64,000 nt of DNA from an uncultured Acholeplasmataceae bacterium (GTDB lineage Bacteria > Bacillota_I > Bacilli_A > Acholeplasmatales > Acholeplasmataceae): contig CAUUDV010000001.1 in the NCBI GenBank assembly GCA_963544075.1, positions 727-64,726 of the forward strand. The letters are read 5' to 3'. The notes under the pieces are model-generated. The model made no database searches and was not told where the DNA came from. It worked only from the letters and a program-made list of their open reading frames with translations. Both the position numbers and the translations under genes were made by a program. Every line of letters begins with the position of its first letter. Within the stretch, counting starts at the first letter, position 1. This document shows positions 49,624 to 58,770 of the stretch, piece after piece.

Positions 49624-50504
49624 GACTAATACTGCTTGGAAATGACAACTTCACTAAAGAAATTTTAAACAAGCTGATAATTCACCACGAAGTTTTGGCG
49701 TTGGTTGTCAAAAACTTGCCGAAGTTCAACAAAGAAACTAATGGTTTAATTGAGTTTGCAAAAGTAAATGGTATAGAAGTTATATTTAGCTCAAACTTAA
49801 AAGAAACTTTACCAGAACTGCTTAAACTTACTCCAGATAAACTAATCACTGCTTCTTTTGGGATGTGGATACCGAGAGAAGTGCTAAACTCTTTTGAAGT
49901 AATCAATGTTCACACTTCTCTGCTTCCGAAATACAGAGGGGGTGCTCCTGTTTTTTGGGCAATCTACAACCGAGATAAAACTACAGGTGTTTCTATCATG
50001 CAAACTGTTTTAAAAATGGATGCAGGCCCTGTCTATAGTCAGGTAGAAGTAGAAATTAAAGAAACAGATAATTTCACTACTTTAAATCAAAAACTCGCAG
50101 AAACAGGCGGAGACCTTTTGATTTCAGTTCTTACAAACTTAGACAAAATCAAGCCAGTTGAACAAAGCGAAAAAGACACGACTTTTGCCTATATACCTGC
50201 AAAAAAACTAGAAAAACTTGATTTTATGCAAGACAATACTCAGGTTCTTGCCCAAATCAACGCAAACGCCGATAAACCAGGTGCTTACTTTTTGCAAAAT
50301 AACACTATTTTTAAAGTCTTTAAAGCCGTGTTGTCTGAAAAAACCTTAGAACCCGGTCTAATTGAAGTTAGCACTAAGCGTATGTTTATAGGCTGCGCAA
50401 AGGGTTCTATTGAAGTCCTTTTAATTCAAAAGGACGGGAAAAAAATCCTTTCGGTTAAAGACTTTTTAAACGGCAATAACTTAAACGGGCTAAAAGCAAA
50501 TTAG
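49620..50504 (+). CDS. fmt: Methionyl-tRNA formyltransferase
   Basis: Contains INVHTSLLPKYRGGAPVFWAI. 294 aa. Confidence 0.93.
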   Translation: MRLILLGNDNFTKEILNKLIIHHEVLALVVKNLPKFNKETNGLIEFAKVNGIEVIFSSNLKETLPELLKLTPDKLITASFGMWIPREVLNSFEVINVHTSLLPKYRGGAPVFWAIYNRDKTTGVSIMQTVLKMDAGPVYSQVEVEIKETDNFTTLNQKLAETGGDLLISVLTNLDKIKPVEQSEKDTTFAYIPAKKLEKLDFMQDNTQVLAQINANADKPGAYFLQNNTIFKVFKAVLSEKTLEPGLIEVSTKRMFIGCAKGSIEVLLIQKDGKKILSVKDFLNGNNLNGLKAN

Positions 50505-50568
50505 TTTACTAAAACTTTTAGTTAAAGCCAAATAAAGCACAGTTTGTTGTATAATTACTGTGTTTGTT

Positions 50569-50643
50569 GGTTCTGTAGCCAAGTTGGTAAGGCACGGCTC
50601 TGCAAAAGCCTCATCATCGGTTCAAATCCGTTCAGAACCTCCA
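50569..50643 (+). tRNA. tRNA-Cys (anticodon GCA), CCA encoded
   Basis: Acceptor stem GGTTCTG/CAGAACC, D-loop AGTTGGTAA, anticodon loop CTGCAAA, T-loop TTCAAAT, discriminator T and a 3' CCA. There is one T-T mismatch in the T stem. A TATAAT lies about 14 nt upstream. Confidence 0.85.
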
Positions 50644-50686
50644 TTTGATTTATTTTTAAATACAACACGCCTCCGGTTGTATATAT

Positions 50687-50713
50687 AAAAAGGACAGCAG
50701 TGCTGTCCTTTTT
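50687..50713. terminator. Bidirectional terminator between tRNA-Cys and the convergent ssb
   Basis: aaaaggacagc / gctgtcctttt hairpin flanked by an A-run and a T-run. Confidence 0.6.
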
Positions 50714-50744
50714 ACTTAGTTAGTGTCGATGACCAAACCAGATA

Positions 50745-51158
50745 CTAATCTAAAGTTTTTGCGTTTTTGCCTTTTTTAGTAGGCTTATCTTCGCTTATTT
50801 CAGTGGCTTCGCTTTCTTTATTTACCTCAATTTGTTGCTTAACTGGGGAAATGAAAACTACGCGCTCACCAATGATTTCAGGAATTTGGTAGTTTTTACC
50901 ATTAATTTCGTTTTTTCTAATTTGTAGTCTACCAATTACTCCCAAAACATCGCCTTTTTTGCTGTATTGTGGAACTATTGTACATAAATTATTTCTTAAT
51001 TTGATGCTAATGTAGTCAGTGTCATAGGCGCCTTCTTGATTTTTAAAAGGGCGTCTGACAGCCAGCGTTAAGATTAAAATTTTTTGTCCATCTTCAAACT
51101 CATAAACTTTATCTTCATCAGAAACAACTCTTCCTACAATCGTGACGTTGTTAATCAT
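50745..51158 (-). CDS. ssb: Single-stranded DNA-binding protein (OB fold) with a non-canonical C-terminal tail
   Basis: MINNVTIVGRVVSD...ILTLAVRRPF...VLGVIGRLQIR. RBS aaaggaggtg. The C terminus is ...KGKNAKTLD rather than an acidic D-D-D-(I/L)-P-F tip. Confidence 0.85.
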   Translation of the reverse strand: MINNVTIVGRVVSDEDKVYEFEDGQKILILTLAVRRPFKNQEGAYDTDYISIKLRNNLCTIVPQYSKKGDVLGVIGRLQIRKNEINGKNYQIPEIIGERVVFISPVKQQIEVNKESEATEISEDKPTKKGKNAKTLD

Positions 51159-51184
51159 TTAATTACACCTCCTTTTCAAAAACT

Positions 51185-51213
51185 AGTATAGATAGGCTTC
51201 TAATTTTAGTCAA
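51185..51213 (-). promoter_or_regulatory. Sigma-70-type promoter for ssb (50745-51158)
   Basis: On the minus strand: TTGACT, a 17-nt spacer, then TATACT, about 25 nt upstream of the RBS. Confidence 0.5.
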
Positions 51214-51276
51214 AGTCAGCAAAAAAAATGTGGTTTAACAAACCATTAACAACAAAACACATTTTTAAATAAAACC

Positions 51277-51309
51277 AGAAAAAAAGCGATATTTTTAAAA
51301 ATATCGCTT
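51277..51309 (-). terminator. Intrinsic terminator after the upstream ssb-like gene
   Basis: Palindrome aagcgatattttt/aaaaatatcgctt, followed on the minus strand by TTTTTTC. Confidence 0.6.
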
Positions 51310-51347
51310 CACTTATTTTAAAAATAGTATTTTTAAAGCAAATTAAA

Positions 51348-51764
51348 TTAAAGGTCTAAATCAGAGTTTTGGTCTTTTATTTCAACATCATAGTCACTTT
51401 CTGAAAAATCTGAATACATTGAATCTGTGTTGTCATAAAAACTGTTTGTTTTTTCTTCTTGTAGTTGTTCTAATTTAATAACTTCAAAATCAACAACGTT
51501 CACACTATAGCGTGTTTTGTTAGTGTTTGTGTAGTTATCAACATAACTGTATGCAGTAAAACGACCGTGTAGAGAAATATATTGGTCTTTAACTAAACTT
51601 GCTGCGTCTTCGGCTTTTTGGCCAAAAAAATAAATTTTAAAGTTATCTCTTATTTCACCAAATGATCTTTTTACAGAAAGCACCATACTAGTAATTTGTC
51701 TGTCACCTGTTTTGTTTACAAAAGGCTCTGAAACTATTTGCCCTGATAGAAATATATTGTTCAT
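51348..51764 (-). CDS. Divergent SSB-like OB-fold protein with an acidic C-terminal tail
   Basis: MNNIFLSGQIVSEPF...MVLSVKRSF...ISLHGRF pattern resembles the SSB N terminus. Acidic tail ...SDYDVEIKDQNSDLDL. Confidence 0.6.
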   Translation of the reverse strand: MNNIFLSGQIVSEPFVNKTGDRQITSMVLSVKRSFGEIRDNFKIYFFGQKAEDAASLVKDQYISLHGRFTAYSYVDNYTNTNKTRYSVNVVDFEVIKLEQLQEEKTNSFYDNTDSMYSDFSESDYDVEIKDQNSDLDL

Positions 51765-51924
51765 TTCGTGTTTACCTCTTTAAAAATTATACCATAGCCA
51801 AAACGGTTTAATTGCAGAAAAAAAGTTAGGTTTTTAAGTTGTAAAAAGACACAAACTTAGCAACTAACTTTTTGCCAAAAATTGCGCTATTCTTTCTTAA
51901 AAACTCAAAAACTTCACATTTTAC

Positions 51925-51954
51925 TTGAAAAAAAAAAAAAAAAACGACTATCAT
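51925..51954 (+). promoter_or_regulatory. Candidate promoter whose spacer is a poly(A) tract (possible phase-variable element)
   Basis: TTGAAA (51925-51930), an 18-nt spacer that is mostly poly(A), then TATCAT (51949-51954). It lies upstream of RBS aggag and the lipoprotein ATG at 51987. Confidence 0.45.
51928..51944 (+). repeat. Homopolymeric A17 tract
   Basis: Run of A residues. The length of 17 is cross-checked against the ORF-track translation E-K-K-K-K-K-R through this region. Confidence 0.9.
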
Positions 51955-51986
51955 ATACTTTGTTTGAAAAAGGAGTGATTTTACAT

Positions 51987-53297
51987 ATGAAAATCAAAAA
52001 AATCTTAATGTATCTGATGCTTCCAGCATTATTGCTTACTTTAGTTGCGTGTGGTGGCGAGAAGCCAACCCCAACACCTCAACCTGCGCCAATACCTACC
52101 CCAACACCTCAACCTACACCAAAACCAGATGAAAACCCAAAACCTTCTAAAGTTGAATACAGTGTTAAGTTCTTTGATGGTCAAACTTTACTTGCTGACA
52201 AGACAGTTGAAAAAAATAAAACAGTTGTCTTACCTGCAAACCCTGTAAAAGAAGGACATGAGTTTAATGGTTGGTATCTAGATAAAACATTTGCCCAAAA
52301 ATTTGAAGCAACTCAAAAAGTTGCTAGCAATTTAAATATCTACGCTAAGTTCGCCCCACTTAAATACAACGTAGACTTCTTTGATGGCGCTAACAAAATC
52401 GCCAACAGAGTAGTTGAATATAACCAAACAATTCAACTACCAGATGCTCCTAAAAAAGATGGACATAACTTCGTTGGTTGGTTTCAAGACAGCGAACTTA
52501 CTAAAAAACTAGATTTATCTACTAAAGTTACAAAAGATACTAAAATCTACGCAAAATATCTAACAGACTTAGAGTATTTCTTAGATGCAAGAACTAACAC
52601 GGTTGAAAAAGATACTTTTAAATACAACTACAGTCTTTCTTTTACTAATGTTTTTGAAAACAAAATTAAAAACGTTCCGCTACTAGGCGCTTTCTTCAAC
52701 GGAACTACTTACTACAACCGCAACAACAGTCTATCTTACCTAAGAGATGAAATCACAAGTGGTGCTTTACTAAAAGATCAACACAACTACCATTTCTTAA
52801 AAGACGGAAAACTACACAAAGTAGCCTACAAACACAATAAAAAAACTAATAAAGACACAGATCCAAAAGAAACAATTAAAGAAAACTTCAATGAACCGTA
52901 TGAATACTCAATTTACGCAAAAGCCTTATTTAAATACGCTAAAGATAAAATTAGTTCAGCTACCAAAAAGGGTTCAGTTTACGAGCTTACTTTTACAGAA
53001 AGCCAAATTGATTTAATTAAAGAATTCTTAATTTCACACGGACAAGAAAAAGTAGCGGGTAAGCTTAAACAAGAAAACATCCGTGAAATTGAAGTTAGCG
53101 TAGAAATTGATGCACAAACCCACACTATTTCTAAGTTCAGATATAGTTTTGAGTTTGCTCAAGAATTTGAACAAAAAATTTTTGGCAAAATCGTAAAAGG
53201 TACTTTAGTTTCTAAATTAAACTACGAACTTGCATTTGACAAAGCATTCAATGGAGAAATTCCGCTTGACAGCAATGTTAAACCTTTTGTTAAATAG
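51987..53297 (+). CDS. Surface lipoprotein with a Pro/Thr-rich linker and two Listeria-Bacteroides (Flg_new-type) repeats
   Basis: Signal peptide MKIKKILMYLMLPALLLTLVAC (lipobox), PTPQP linker, and repeats EGHEFNGWYLDKTF...NIYAKF and DGHNFVGWFQDSEL...KIYAKY. Confidence 0.8.
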   Translation: MKIKKILMYLMLPALLLTLVACGGEKPTPTPQPAPIPTPTPQPTPKPDENPKPSKVEYSVKFFDGQTLLADKTVEKNKTVVLPANPVKEGHEFNGWYLDKTFAQKFEATQKVASNLNIYAKFAPLKYNVDFFDGANKIANRVVEYNQTIQLPDAPKKDGHNFVGWFQDSELTKKLDLSTKVTKDTKIYAKYLTDLEYFLDARTNTVEKDTFKYNYSLSFTNVFENKIKNVPLLGAFFNGTTYYNRNNSLSYLRDEITSGALLKDQHNYHFLKDGKLHKVAYKHNKKTNKDTDPKETIKENFNEPYEYSIYAKALFKYAKDKISSATKKGSVYELTFTESQIDLIKEFLISHGQEKVAGKLKQENIREIEVSVEIDAQTHTISKFRYSFEFAQEFEQKIFGKIVKGTLVSKLNYELAFDKAFNGEIPLDSNVKPFVK

Positions 53298-53318
53298 ATA
53301 AAAAACTTTTGACTTTTA

Positions 53319-53372
53319 AAAAAGCCGCTACAAACTTATTTTTTGAAAAATAAGTCCTAATGTGGCTTTTTT
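53319..53372 (+). terminator. Compound hairpin terminator after the lipoprotein gene
   Basis: Inner stem acttatttt/aaaataagt, outer partial stem aagcc.../...ggctt, then a T-run. Confidence 0.5.
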
Positions 53373-53491
53373 CATACACAAACTACATAACAAAGCCATT
53401 TATTCTAGCAAAAAAATTAGTTTAGATTATTATTGCGTTTTTTTTGACTATATGATATTATTATAAAAATACCCAAAAGGAGGAGTAAAAA

Positions 53492-56344
53492 ATGAAAAAA
53501 ATCTTACTTATTATTGTCACTATTTTCTCATTATTAACACTAGCCTCATGTGGTGGGGGTGAAAGACTACTTACCAATGGTGGGGTTCAAACCATCTCAG
53601 TTATAAAAGGTGGCAAACGTGTAGTTGAAAAACTAGACGAAAATAAATATAAACCACAAGCAAGCGGTGACTTGCGTTTTGAAGGTTGGTTTAAATCAGC
53701 GCGTGGACGTTGGTGGGGTGAACAAAACCCGATTAAATTTCCACTTGAGTTAAAAGAAGGCGAAAAAGACCCAATTCTTTACCCAGTTTTTCGTCCACTT
53801 GATTCAAAAAATCACAAGTGGTCTAAAGCAGAGACTTATCGTTCTGGGGTAACTATGTCTACAGAGCCTATTTTAAATCCACTAACTTATACACAAAATT
53901 ATGAAAATGCTTTCATGAATATGCTTTCAACTTTTCTTTATGATAGAGACATTGACTGGGATAAAGCAATTAAAGACAAAATTGCTGACCACGTTGGTGA
54001 TTTTTCTAAAATCCAAGGTTCAGCGATTAATAAGTTTGTCACAAAATATGAACTAAAAGGTGCAACTTCTTACCCAACTATTCAAGATGGTGAGTTTGAA
54101 GGAAGAGATGGAACACACGCAGGTAAATTCAACGAAAACATCGCGTCTACTCAAAAAGGAAAAAGATACCGCATTACTTTAAACCCAAACATTAAATGGG
54201 AAGACGGAACTCCAGTTACTGCCCATGACTATGTGTATTCATATCTACAATACATTGACCCAGTTCAATTAAACTCACGTTCAAATGGTATGTATCCATC
54301 TGGTAGTAGAAAAAGTGGTGTTGCTATTGTCAATGCTCGTAAATACTTTTCACAAGGCCAAACTATTGGTGCAAAAGACAAAGACGGTAAATACATTGAC
54401 AAGGAATCTAACTTCGACTTTAGTGAAAAGATTTTAACTAAGTTAACAACTAGCAAAGCTACTAAAATAGAAATTAAAGTCGGTACAGTTAACTATGAAT
54501 TAACTTTACCTGTAAATACAATAGTTTGGGAAGGCTCACAAACTACATCTGGAATAGTTGACAAAACTGTTTTAACTGAAGCACAAGTAAAAAGTCTATT
54601 TGGTCAAATCATCAACAGTATGATTCAAAAAAATGACGAACTTTACGGGGCTATTGTATCTGCAATTAAACAAGGCAAAAAAGCCGAGGCCTTCGATGCA
54701 CTTACTAAAGCCTTAATAAAAGCCGCAATCCTGCCTTCAGTTTCTCAAAATGAATATTATGTAGGTAAAGAAGGCGATAAATTCCCTGAAGTTAAAAAAG
54801 AGGATGTTGGAATTCGTGCAATTGATGACTACACTCTTGAAATTGAATACGAAAAAGAAGTTACAGTTAAAGATGTATTTAGTGACTTTGGCCAATTTAA
54901 ACTAGTTAACAAAAAAGCCTATGAAGCGTCTTTAGACAAAGACGGTAAAAACTCAACTTACGGAACTGAGAAAAACCATCCAGTTAGCTACGGTACTTTT
55001 ACAATCGCAGACTGGGCACCAGGTAAATACTTAAGATTTAACAAAAACTTTGCACATGAATACGCTTGGCATACTAACTACAAGTCAGTTCAATATACTT
55101 ACTTTGCTAAAGAAAATGATTTTTTAAATGCTTTCAAACAAGGTGAAATTGATAACTTAAGCATCAGAAAAGACTACTATAAAGAAAGATATTCTGAAGA
55201 AAAAGTTAAACAAGGTTTAATTAGAAAATCAATTACTGGTGCACCAACTATTATGGTTCCAAATCCACTGACTGATACAAAAGACGAATATGTTAAGAAA
55301 CTAATTAAAAACGTAAACTTCAGAAAAGCGCTTTATATGGCGGTTAACCGAGAAGGTCTAAAAGGAATTCACCCAACTTCAGATCCAATTTACGCACCAG
55401 TTCCGGCCAACGCTACTCAGTTTGATACAGATGAACTTTACTATGTTCAAAGACCTCAATACAAAGCCTTGCTTGAAAAATCCGGAATCGGCTCTGGCTA
55501 CGACCCAGTTAAAGCAAAAGAACTTTACGAAAAAGCCTTAAAAGAAGTAGGTGTACCGGAAAACCATAAAATGACTTTCCGTTTGTCTGCCCCTGATATT
55601 GAATACTTAGAACGTGCATCTAAATACATCAAAGAAACTTTTGAACGCACATTTAAAAACATTACTATTGATGTTAAGTTAGAAAAAGACAATGACAACA
55701 CGATTGTAACTAACCAATTTGAACTACAAATCACCGCTGTTGGTGGTTCAAACGCAACTAACTTATCTGTTATGAACCCGCTATTTATGTTCTTCTTTAG
55801 ATCTGAACTTAGTGCAAAATTTGGTATTGCTGATCTTGCTGATTTCGGTGAAAACTTCGATGATCAAAAATACTGGGTACAACCTGAAGATAAAATTGAC
55901 CTTACAGCAACTTATAGATTCTTACAAGAACTTGAGGCTCAAGGCAAAATCAACAAGGAAACAGATGGCGGAACTCTGTGGCCACTTTACGAAACTCTAA
56001 AGAAAAACAACGGCTACTTTGTAGGTAACCTACGCCAAGTTGTTGAGTTTGGTATTAAATGTCAAACTGTTTGGGCAGGTTCTGCTCCACAATATCCAGG
56101 TGAAGTTGAAGACCGTAACCGTTTAGTTGATGCTTTCTTAAAAATCTACTTCCAAACTTTCACTCAAATTCCACTATTTAACAACGTATCTTACTCAGAA
56201 CTTTCTGAACGCGTAATTTCTCCTCGCATCAAAGTTGAACACAATATCTTTGGTTTTGGTCAACAAAGATACTCACATCTAAATACCGACCCAGACTGGA
56301 AAAACTTAACTCCAGCAGACTACGGTTGGACTAACCCAAAATAG
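53492..56344 (+). CDS. oppA: Oligopeptide ABC transporter substrate-binding lipoprotein (family 5), unusually large
   Basis: Lipobox LLTLASC. SBP family-5-like core (YRITLNPNIKWEDGTPVTAHDYVYSY). N-terminal Flg_new-like module (DLRFEGWFKS...ILYPVF). 950 aa. Confidence 0.85.
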   Translation: MKKILLIIVTIFSLLTLASCGGGERLLTNGGVQTISVIKGGKRVVEKLDENKYKPQASGDLRFEGWFKSARGRWWGEQNPIKFPLELKEGEKDPILYPVFRPLDSKNHKWSKAETYRSGVTMSTEPILNPLTYTQNYENAFMNMLSTFLYDRDIDWDKAIKDKIADHVGDFSKIQGSAINKFVTKYELKGATSYPTIQDGEFEGRDGTHAGKFNENIASTQKGKRYRITLNPNIKWEDGTPVTAHDYVYSYLQYIDPVQLNSRSNGMYPSGSRKSGVAIVNARKYFSQGQTIGAKDKDGKYIDKESNFDFSEKILTKLTTSKATKIEIKVGTVNYELTLPVNTIVWEGSQTTSGIVDKTVLTEAQVKSLFGQIINSMIQKNDELYGAIVSAIKQGKKAEAFDALTKALIKAAILPSVSQNEYYVGKEGDKFPEVKKEDVGIRAIDDYTLEIEYEKEVTVKDVFSDFGQFKLVNKKAYEASLDKDGKNSTYGTEKNHPVSYGTFTIADWAPGKYLRFNKNFAHEYAWHTNYKSVQYTYFAKENDFLNAFKQGEIDNLSIRKDYYKERYSEEKVKQGLIRKSITGAPTIMVPNPLTDTKDEYVKKLIKNVNFRKALYMAVNREGLKGIHPTSDPIYAPVPANATQFDTDELYYVQRPQYKALLEKSGIGSGYDPVKAKELYEKALKEVGVPENHKMTFRLSAPDIEYLERASKYIKETFERTFKNITIDVKLEKDNDNTIVTNQFELQITAVGGSNATNLSVMNPLFMFFFRSELSAKFGIADLADFGENFDDQKYWVQPEDKIDLTATYRFLQELEAQGKINKETDGGTLWPLYETLKKNNGYFVGNLRQVVEFGIKCQTVWAGSAPQYPGEVEDRNRLVDAFLKIYFQTFTQIPLFNNVSYSELSERVISPRIKVEHNIFGFGQQRYSHLNTDPDWKNLTPADYGWTNPK

Positions 56345-56427
56345 GCCAAAATTCACCTATATATATTTATATAAATAGGCTAAAAAATGCTATAATGCTT
56401 TAAACACATTTAAGCAAAAACTACTAA

Positions 56428-56476
56428 AAAAAGATAGAAAACCGCGAAAATTAGTGTGTTTTCTATCTTTTTTATA
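56428..56476 (+). terminator. Hairpin between oppA and oppB (partial terminator/attenuator)
   Basis: aaaagatagaaaac / gttttctatctttt stem with a loop of about 15 nt and a T-run. An extended -10 TGcTATAAT lies at 56388-56396 just upstream. Confidence 0.5.
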
Positions 56477-56509
56477 TCAAATACACAGAAAAACGAAAGG
56501 AATTTGCCG

Positions 56510-57460
56510 ATGCTAAAATACTTTTCAAAAAGATTCGGATTAATGTTAATTACTTTTGCAATCGTAATTTTTATCTTCTTTGCCTTCATTCACATGTTGC
56601 CAGACTACAACAAGTCTCTTGGCAACGACCCACTTTACGACATAATTCGTGAGCGAGAAGGCCTAGATAAACCAATCATTGTTCAGTTTTTTTATTGGTT
56701 GAGAAATATTTTTGCACATGGTGACTTTGGTTTCTCTGCGCATAAACGCCAATCGGCGGGTTCTGTGGTTTTCTCAAAAATCCCAAATACTTTGGCATTC
56801 CAAATCGTGCCGTATCTTATTACAGTACCACTTGGCATTATGCTTGGAGTGGTTGCCGCACTTTATAAAAACAAAACTGCCGACAATGTCATATCTGTCG
56901 GTATTATGGTGTTAATTTCTATTCCTACTTTTGTTTTAGCCGTGGTATTTCAGTTAATTTTCTACTGGAAATTACACTGGGCGCCGAGTCTCGGCGTGGC
57001 TTCGTCAAGTGAGTTTAAAGCAAATGCTCTTTACGGTATTTCTACCTACATCATGCCAACTGTTGTCATGGTTTTCGGAGGAATTGCTGGTTGGGCTCGT
57101 TCAATTCGCGCAGAGTTAACTGAACAACTTACTCAAGACTACATGCTTCTCGCTCGTTCAAAGGGTTTATCTAAACGACAAGCTGTATACAGACACGCTC
57201 TTAAAAATGCCTTAGTTCCTTTCGCTCCTGCTATTTTTTTAGGTTTCCTTGGCCTGATTTCTGGATCTATTATTCTTGAAACTATTTTTAAAGTAGACGG
57301 AGTTGGAAAAGTTTATTTGACTGCCTTTAGTCAAAAAGACTACCCAGTACTTTTGCTTAACATGGTGTTTTTTGAGTTTTTAGGCTTAATTACCTCAATT
57401 TTAGCCGACATGAGTTACACAATTTTAGACCCTCGTGTCAGAATTGGAAGTGGTAAATAA
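56510..57460 (+). CDS. oppB: Oligopeptide ABC transporter permease
   Basis: The ATG at 56510 follows RBS gaaagga. BPD-type permease with an EAA-like loop (ARSKGLSKRQAVYRHALKNA). Confidence 0.9.
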   Translation: MLKYFSKRFGLMLITFAIVIFIFFAFIHMLPDYNKSLGNDPLYDIIREREGLDKPIIVQFFYWLRNIFAHGDFGFSAHKRQSAGSVVFSKIPNTLAFQIVPYLITVPLGIMLGVVAALYKNKTADNVISVGIMVLISIPTFVLAVVFQLIFYWKLHWAPSLGVASSSEFKANALYGISTYIMPTVVMVFGGIAGWARSIRAELTEQLTQDYMLLARSKGLSKRQAVYRHALKNALVPFAPAIFLGFLGLISGSIILETIFKVDGVGKVYLTAFSQKDYPVLLLNMVFFEFLGLITSILADMSYTILDPRVRIGSGK

Positions 57461-57462
57461 TT

Positions 57463-58770
57463 ATGCAAGACCTAGATAGAAGTAAATTTGTTTTAATTAA
57501 CGAAGACAAAGAAATTAAAGACAAACCGCTTGAAACTAAGCGAGTTGGTTACTACAAAGACGCCTGGAACCGCTTTAAGAAAAACAAGATGTCGCTAACC
57601 GCTTTTATAATCATTTGCATTTTGATGTTTTTCGTGGTTTTTGGCCCGATTTTAAAAAACTACAAGGAGCCTACTCGCCTGGAGTTTAAAAACGACTTAA
57701 GTTACTTACCTCCAAGAATCCCAGGTATATTTTCTGGAACTCGCTTTACTGAACTGCCACGTGAGTTTATTGAAAAAGCCAAGGCTCACCCTAAATACAA
57801 CAATATGTTTCTGTCAGACACCAGTAAAGAGTACATGGACGAAGTTCACAAAAAAACTCCAAGCGCTAATATTCCGGTTAAAGTTGATCAGTATAAGTTT
57901 CTAGACTTTACCAAATCTTACTTTGGCACTGACTTAAAGCCAAACTACTATACCTTTACTAAGGCTGAGTTTGAAAACCTACTTAAGCGAAACTTAATTA
58001 CCGCGATTCACGAAGTAGACCACCAAAAAGACATTTACAAAGTTTCGGTTAAATTCTTTGAAACTGCCTTGGGCCAAACTGTAGATCAAGTTAACTTTTG
58101 GTTTGGAACAATTGGGACTGGCGAGGACCTTTACACCCAACTTTGGCAAGGCGCCCGCATTTCTTTCATGGTAGCGCTAGCCGTAATTTCGGTAAACGCG
58201 CTAATTGGCCTTACAGTTGGTGCAATTTCTGGCTACTATGGCGGAACTTTTGACTTACTGTTTGACCGATTTGTAGAAATTCTTTCAGGTATTCCTTTTA
58301 TTGCCGTGTTAACTCTGCTTGTAATTAAATACGGTACAACTTTCCCAGTTATTATTTTTGCATTTACTATTACTGGCTGGATCGGCTACTACTCAATGGC
58401 AAGAATGCAGTTTTACCGTTTTAAAAACCGCGAGTATATTCTAGCTGCCCGAACACTTGGTGCGTCAGACGCGAGAATTATGTTTAGACACATTTTCCCG
58501 AATGCCATTGGTTATATGGTTACGTCTTTTGCGCTAGCCCTGCCTTCTTTTATATTTTCAGAGGCTTCTTTTGCCTACCTTGGAATTTTAAAATATGGCA
58601 ACACAATTTCAGTCGGTCAACTGCTTGAACAAGGCCAAAGCGTGATGCAATCACAACCCCACGTTCTGGTATTTCCGGCTATCTACATTTCTATTTTAAT
58701 GATTACCTTTAACTTATTTGGAAACGGTTTAAGAGATGCATTTAACCCAAGTTTAAGAGGTGTTGAATAA
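57463..58770 (+). CDS. oppC: Oligopeptide ABC transporter permease with a long extracytoplasmic loop
   Basis: EAA-like loop AARTLGASDARIMFRHIFPNA. An insert of about 150 aa follows TM1. Confidence 0.9.
   Translation: MQDLDRSKFVLINEDKEIKDKPLETKRVGYYKDAWNRFKKNKMSLTAFIIICILMFFVVFGPILKNYKEPTRLEFKNDLSYLPPRIPGIFSGTRFTELPREFIEKAKAHPKYNNMFLSDTSKEYMDEVHKKTPSANIPVKVDQYKFLDFTKSYFGTDLKPNYYTFTKAEFENLLKRNLITAIHEVDHQKDIYKVSVKFFETALGQTVDQVNFWFGTIGTGEDLYTQLWQGARISFMVALAVISVNALIGLTVGAISGYYGGTFDLLFDRFVEILSGIPFIAVLTLLVIKYGTTFPVIIFAFTITGWIGYYSMARMQFYRFKNREYILAARTLGASDARIMFRHIFPNAIGYMVTSFALALPSFIFSEASFAYLGILKYGNTISVGQLLEQGQSVMQSQPHVLVFPAIYISILMITFNLFGNGLRDAFNPSLRGVE

Noticed and set aside
51882-51986. Upstream extension of the lipoprotein ORF through the poly(A) tract (LEKKKKKRLSY...).
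   Set aside because: It starts at a TTG with no RBS and would bury the signal peptide. The ATG at 51987 follows an aggag RBS and begins a canonical lipoprotein signal sequence.
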